Origin: an uncultured Chloroflexia bacterium
GTDB taxonomy: Bacteria > Chloroflexota > UBA6077 > JACCZL01
Length of the DNA: 64,000 nt
Direction: 5' to 3'
NCBI GenBank assembly: GCA_963765765.1
Contig: CAVXYC010000010.1
Coordinates: 64,001-128,000 of the forward strand
Part shown: in pieces, positions 60,548 through 64,000 of the stretch
How positions within the stretch are numbered: position 1 is the first letter of the stretch
How the letters are laid out: each line of letters opens with the position of its first letter
Program-made: the position numbers and the translations under genes
The notes under the pieces: generated by a model
The model's database searches: none
What the model saw: only the letters and a program-made list of their open reading frames with translations
What the model was told of the DNA's origin: nothing

Positions 60548-61493
60548 GCAGCTCGGACGATCGGGCCTCACGGTTTCCGTGGCCGGTCTTGGCGCCAACA
60601 ACTTCGGTCGACGCAATTCTCCAGAGGAGACACTGGAGATCGTCGACGCCGCGTTCGATCTCGGTATTAATTTCATCGATACGGCCGATGTCTACGGTAA
60701 CGGAAGCTCGGAGGAGCTGCTGGGACAGGTGCTAAAGGGCAGGCGCCACCAGGTTGTGCTCGCCACCAAAGTAGGTGGCAAGATGCCTGGTTCCCCAGAC
60801 GTCGCGCGTGGCTCTCGGCGCTACATCCGCTGGGAGGTCGAGAACAGTCTGCGTCGGCTGCAAACGGATTTCATCGATCTCTATTATCTTCATCGACCCG
60901 ATCCCCTGACGCCAATCGAGGAAACCCTCGCGGCTATGGACGAGCTGGTGAAGGACGGCAAAGTTCGCTACATCGGTAGCTCCAACTTTGACGGTTGGCA
61001 AATCGCCGACGCCGAGTGGACGGCAAGGACGCTGCGCAGCTCCCGCTTCGTCGCGGCTCAGAACGAGTACCAGTTGCTCAATCGCAAAATCGAGACTGAC
61101 GTGGCGCCGGCGTGTCTTGAATATGGCATCGGCATAGTCGCCTCCCGTCCGTTGGCTCACGGGTTCTTGACCGGGAAATACCGTCGGGGTGAACAGGCAC
61201 CCCCTGGCACGCGCCTGGCCGTGCGTGAGATCGCCAAGCAGGAGATGGACTTCGATCTCATCGACGCGCTCCAGAACTTTGCGCACGAGCGTGGAGTGAC
61301 GCTTCTCGAGGTGGCGTTCGGTTACGTCCTCGACAATGCGGCCGTGGCCTCGACCATTGCTGGTGCAACGAGCGTCGAGCAGCTTCGGTCAAATGCTGCC
61401 GCGATTCAGTGGCGGCCGACACCGAGCGACTACCAAGCGCTGGAAGATATCCTCTCCATGCCCTTTACACCCGCCTCAGAACGTTCGATCTAA
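60537..61493 (+). CDS. Aldo/keto reductase
   Basis: LGRSGLTVS..LG, FIDTADVYG, LATK, DLYYLHRPD, GSSN. Confidence 0.93.
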   Translation: MQYKQLGRSGLTVSVAGLGANNFGRRNSPEETLEIVDAAFDLGINFIDTADVYGNGSSEELLGQVLKGRRHQVVLATKVGGKMPGSPDVARGSRRYIRWEVENSLRRLQTDFIDLYYLHRPDPLTPIEETLAAMDELVKDGKVRYIGSSNFDGWQIADAEWTARTLRSSRFVAAQNEYQLLNRKIETDVAPACLEYGIGIVASRPLAHGFLTGKYRRGEQAPPGTRLAVREIAKQEMDFDLIDALQNFAHERGVTLLEVAFGYVLDNAAVASTIAGATSVEQLRSNAAAIQWRPTPSDYQALEDILSMPFTPASERSI

Positions 61494-61794
61494 TCCGGCT
61501 TGGATCGGGGCGGTTATCGCCGCTTTCGAATCGAGTGGAGCGACACGGAGGTCTGCCTTCTAGTCTCGCGGGAACGTGGCGAATACGGCGGGGCAGCGAA
61601 GGTATGTGGTCGCTCACTAACTCACTCCCTCCTATCCTCGGAGTGGAATGATGGCGCGGCCCGGATATCTATGCCGGACCCTTGCACAGTGGTGGGCTCT
61701 CAGGGACGAGACGTACCGTGTCGAGTCTTCCCGAGAGGACTAAATCATTGCAGAAGCGCACTTTCACGACATCCGTACTGCGATGCGATCCGTG

Positions 61795-62028
61795 ATGGAG
61801 ATGGCGGATATGTTGCCTTCACTGAGCAACGCGACCGCCACTGACCTTGATGGAATGGCATCGATGGTACGAGCCTTTGGCCAGACGAACGATCGATTCG
61901 CGGCGTATCACCTCGTCGAGGTGCTCAACCGGGATGCCCGCGCGCGTGTGGCTGATCTGCAGGCGTCTTACTCACGCGCGTTTGGCGTCGTGAACACCGC
62001 CACCAACTCCGGTCAACTCAATACGTAA
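61795..62028 (+). CDS. Hypothetical protein
   Basis: Short ORF with plausible helical composition; no motif recognised. Confidence 0.35.
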   Translation: MEMADMLPSLSNATATDLDGMASMVRAFGQTNDRFAAYHLVEVLNRDARARVADLQASYSRAFGVVNTATNSGQLNT

Positions 62029-62115
62029 ATCTCGCGGCTCGAGTCCGCTCAGAATAGCCATCGCCAATGATCCGCGTGACTAGAATGAGGAAAGCGACAG
62101 CTGTAGAAGGTACCT

Positions 62116-62622
62116 ATGAGCACTGAGACCGGCACTGATTACAACGCTCGTCGCGCCGCGCTCACACGGAAGTACATGAAGTCGGCCGCTGACCGGCCGG
62201 TAACATCAGCGCGCGGAGTTCACCATCTCGCGTTGATTTGCTCGAACATCGAGCAGACGGTTGAGTTCTATACCCAGGTCCTCGGGTTCCCGCTGGTAGA
62301 GCTCTTTCAGAATCGCGACCTGCCGAGCTCCACTCACTTCTTTTTCGACATTGGAAACGGAAATCTGCTGGCGTTCTTCGATTTCCCGGAGCATCCAATG
62401 CCGCCGACGCGTGAATCGGTCGGTGGTATGCACCACATCGCCATATCGGTACCACACGAGCAGTTCGTAAGCATCAGCGCTCGGTTGGCGGAGCGTGGTG
62501 TTTCGAATGTCGGACCGCCTCACGTGACCACATCTGTATATTTCCACGATCCAGATGGGGCACTGATCGAGATTATTCAGGAGCCTCTCCTCACCATGGA
62601 AGGTACTCCGTTCGGTCAGTAA
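62116..62622 (+). CDS. VOC/glyoxalase-family protein
   Basis: GVHHLALIC, FYTQVLG, HFFFDIGNG, MHHIA, YFHDPDGALIEI. Confidence 0.9.
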   Translation: MSTETGTDYNARRAALTRKYMKSAADRPVTSARGVHHLALICSNIEQTVEFYTQVLGFPLVELFQNRDLPSSTHFFFDIGNGNLLAFFDFPEHPMPPTRESVGGMHHIAISVPHEQFVSISARLAERGVSNVGPPHVTTSVYFHDPDGALIEIIQEPLLTMEGTPFGQ

Positions 62623-62645
62623 GTCGGTGCTCCGCGACTGGAACG

Positions 62646-63043
62646 TTACGGGAGCCGAAGGCCGCCTCGTGCGTGGGGCAGCGTCACGGTCAACTCTCCC
62701 AGATGGTAGTGGACTGTTGCTCGCGAGAGATGATTGGGTTGGGCAGGCGTACCGATCGGCAGAAGTCGTCGGGCTGGCCGTCGTTTCGCGGCTCCTGCCC
62801 GCCTTCGTCGCTCCAGATGGTGAGCCGGTCACCGTCCAGCGCCACGCGCACCTGCTCCAGGGAAACACCCGGCAGCCAGGTCCGAAGTACGGAGCAACGA
62901 TCCGCGACTTCGCAGGCTATACCGGATTGTTCGACGTCGCTTACCGTGCATACCTCCGACAAGGACAACGTCCAGGTGGAGAAATCAGGGAGCCCAAATG
63001 GGTTATCCAGCTCTGTGCTGCTGATTGAGATGTCTGCGGTCAC
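62646..63043 (-). CDS. Hsp20/alpha-crystallin-like protein; frameshift ~62735
   Basis: WLPGVSLEQVRVALDGDRLTI...FCRSVRLPNPI, then shifted ATVHYHLGELTVTLP to TAA at 62646. Confidence 0.65.
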
Positions 63044-63142
63044 GATGTGAACAGCATTCCTTCGCTTGGTGATGCGCGGATTCGGATAATGTCGGCACGT
63101 AGACTCATAGTGACGCCGTAGCGCTGGCTCATGGAGGTTGTC

Positions 63143-63449
63143 GTGTGGGTTCGAATGAGCTTCATCAACATTGCGCTCGAAGATCTCGATGACGCGCGCA
63201 AGCTGTACCAGAGCGAGTTTATTTCAGGCGTCATCAAAAGCCAGCCCGGCTGACCGATTCCACTACTGGCTCGAGTCAACGGAACACCCCGGAGACGTCA
63301 TATCTCTCACTGCCTGGGATACGCAGTCAGATGGTGAGGCGTATGAGCGCGGCGGCGTCTACTCCGAGCTGGGCTCAAAGCTACGGCAGTGGTTCCATAC
63401 CGAGCGGGTCCTTCGATCTTATGAGGTACGCGAAGTCGCAGACCTCTGA
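63143..63449 (+). CDS. Antibiotic-biosynthesis-monooxygenase (ABM) family protein; frameshift ~63253
   Basis: GGAGG SD + GTG: MWVRMSFINI...IKSQPG / RFHYWLES...ISLTAWDTQSDGEAYERGG. Confidence 0.75.
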
Positions 63450-63457
63450 CGCTGTAA

Positions 63458-63931
63458 TTACTCCTCTCGGATCTGTTGAGAGAGGTAGCGCTCCAACCCC
63501 ACCTGCCGAATCGTCTCGAGCTGCGTCTCGAGGAAGTCAAGGTCCTCTTCTTCGGCCCTGATGAGCTCCTCGAGCATCCCGCGCGTTGTGAAATCGCCGA
63601 CCTGCTGACAATGTGTGATGCCGTCCGCCAGGGCCTGAATCTGAGTCCTCTCCAGCTCAACGTCGACTGTCAGATGCTCGAGCGCCGTCTCGCCCACGCG
63701 CACGCGGCCGAGCCTTTGCAGATTGGGGATGCCGTCAAGATAGAGGATGTGCCTGATAAGAAGCTGTGCTTCCTTCATCTCGCCAAAACTGAGTTGGCGG
63801 AGCTTTTCGTACAGCGCCTCGAATCCCCAGTCTTTGCAGATCTCCGCCTGAATGAAATACTGGTTGATGGCGGTCAGCTCGTTGCTGAGGATCGTATTCA
63901 GCGTATCTATCACACCCTCTTTGGCCTGCAT
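63458..63931 (-). CDS. bfr: Bacterioferritin (atypical ferroxidase ligands)
   Basis: NELTAINQYF, DWG, GEMK, ILYLDGIPNLQ, FLETQL...YL; GGAGG SD. Confidence 0.92.
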   Translation of the reverse strand: MQAKEGVIDTLNTILSNELTAINQYFIQAEICKDWGFEALYEKLRQLSFGEMKEAQLLIRHILYLDGIPNLQRLGRVRVGETALEHLTVDVELERTQIQALADGITHCQQVGDFTTRGMLEELIRAEEEDLDFLETQLETIRQVGLERYLSQQIREE

Positions 63932-64000
63932 GCTGCCTCCTCAAACTTCGTTGATGCTGAATGCGCCAGTTACGTGCCAGTCGTCTCGCTACCGGTTGCC

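Noticed and set aside
61500-61790. ORFs or ncRNA between the AKR and the 61795 ORF
   Set aside because: No convincing coding signal or known RNA motif by eye.
62627-63028. 133-aa plus-strand ORF after the VOC gene
   Set aside because: It is antisense to the Hsp20-like frame, which has recognisable motifs.
63251-63253. TGA in the ABM gene as a second selenocysteine
   Set aside because: The downstream homologous sequence (RFHYWLES) is in a different frame (GGC TGA C CGA TTC), so this is a 1-nt insertion rather than in-frame read-through.

Overview
High-GC bacterial chromosome segment, most likely Chloroflexota. This is inferred from gmk/NFACT adjacency, the USP-trkA-trkA block, Ala/Pro-rich lipoprotein peptide-ABC binding proteins and a small SWIM-type Zn-finger gene. 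About 1-17 kb is accessory: a signalling block (histidine kinase-LuxR fusion, receiver domains, two paralogs of an unrecognised ~105-aa family), an arsenic cluster (arsM, two arsR, aquaglyceroporin, arsC), secreted proteins, a copper cluster (P1B ATPase, YHS, DUF305, SHOCT), TetR/DUF2269 and gene remnants. About 17-64 kb is mostly core or metabolic: PBP1A, NFACT/RqcH, gmk, priA, cobU, HNH, trkA x2, pyrG, manC, secDF, opp-type ABC, def, a late cobamide operon (cbiB-cobQ-cobS-cobS'-cobT-cobB), a second peptide-type ABC with two xylose-isomerase-fold paralogs and an aldo-keto reductase, and bacterioferritin. Many genes carry single-base frameshifts, which suggests long-read indel errors. The most notable signals are a UGA (selenocysteine) peroxiredoxin missed by the ORF track, two tandem CobS paralogs with complementary conserved motifs, a bacterioferritin with both ferroxidase His replaced by carboxylates, the MDW[ST]EL paralog pair in the signalling block, and a promoter/leader/terminator unit heading the cobamide operon. 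No tRNA, rRNA, CRISPR array, integrase or transposase was recognised. All calls are by eye; no searches were run.
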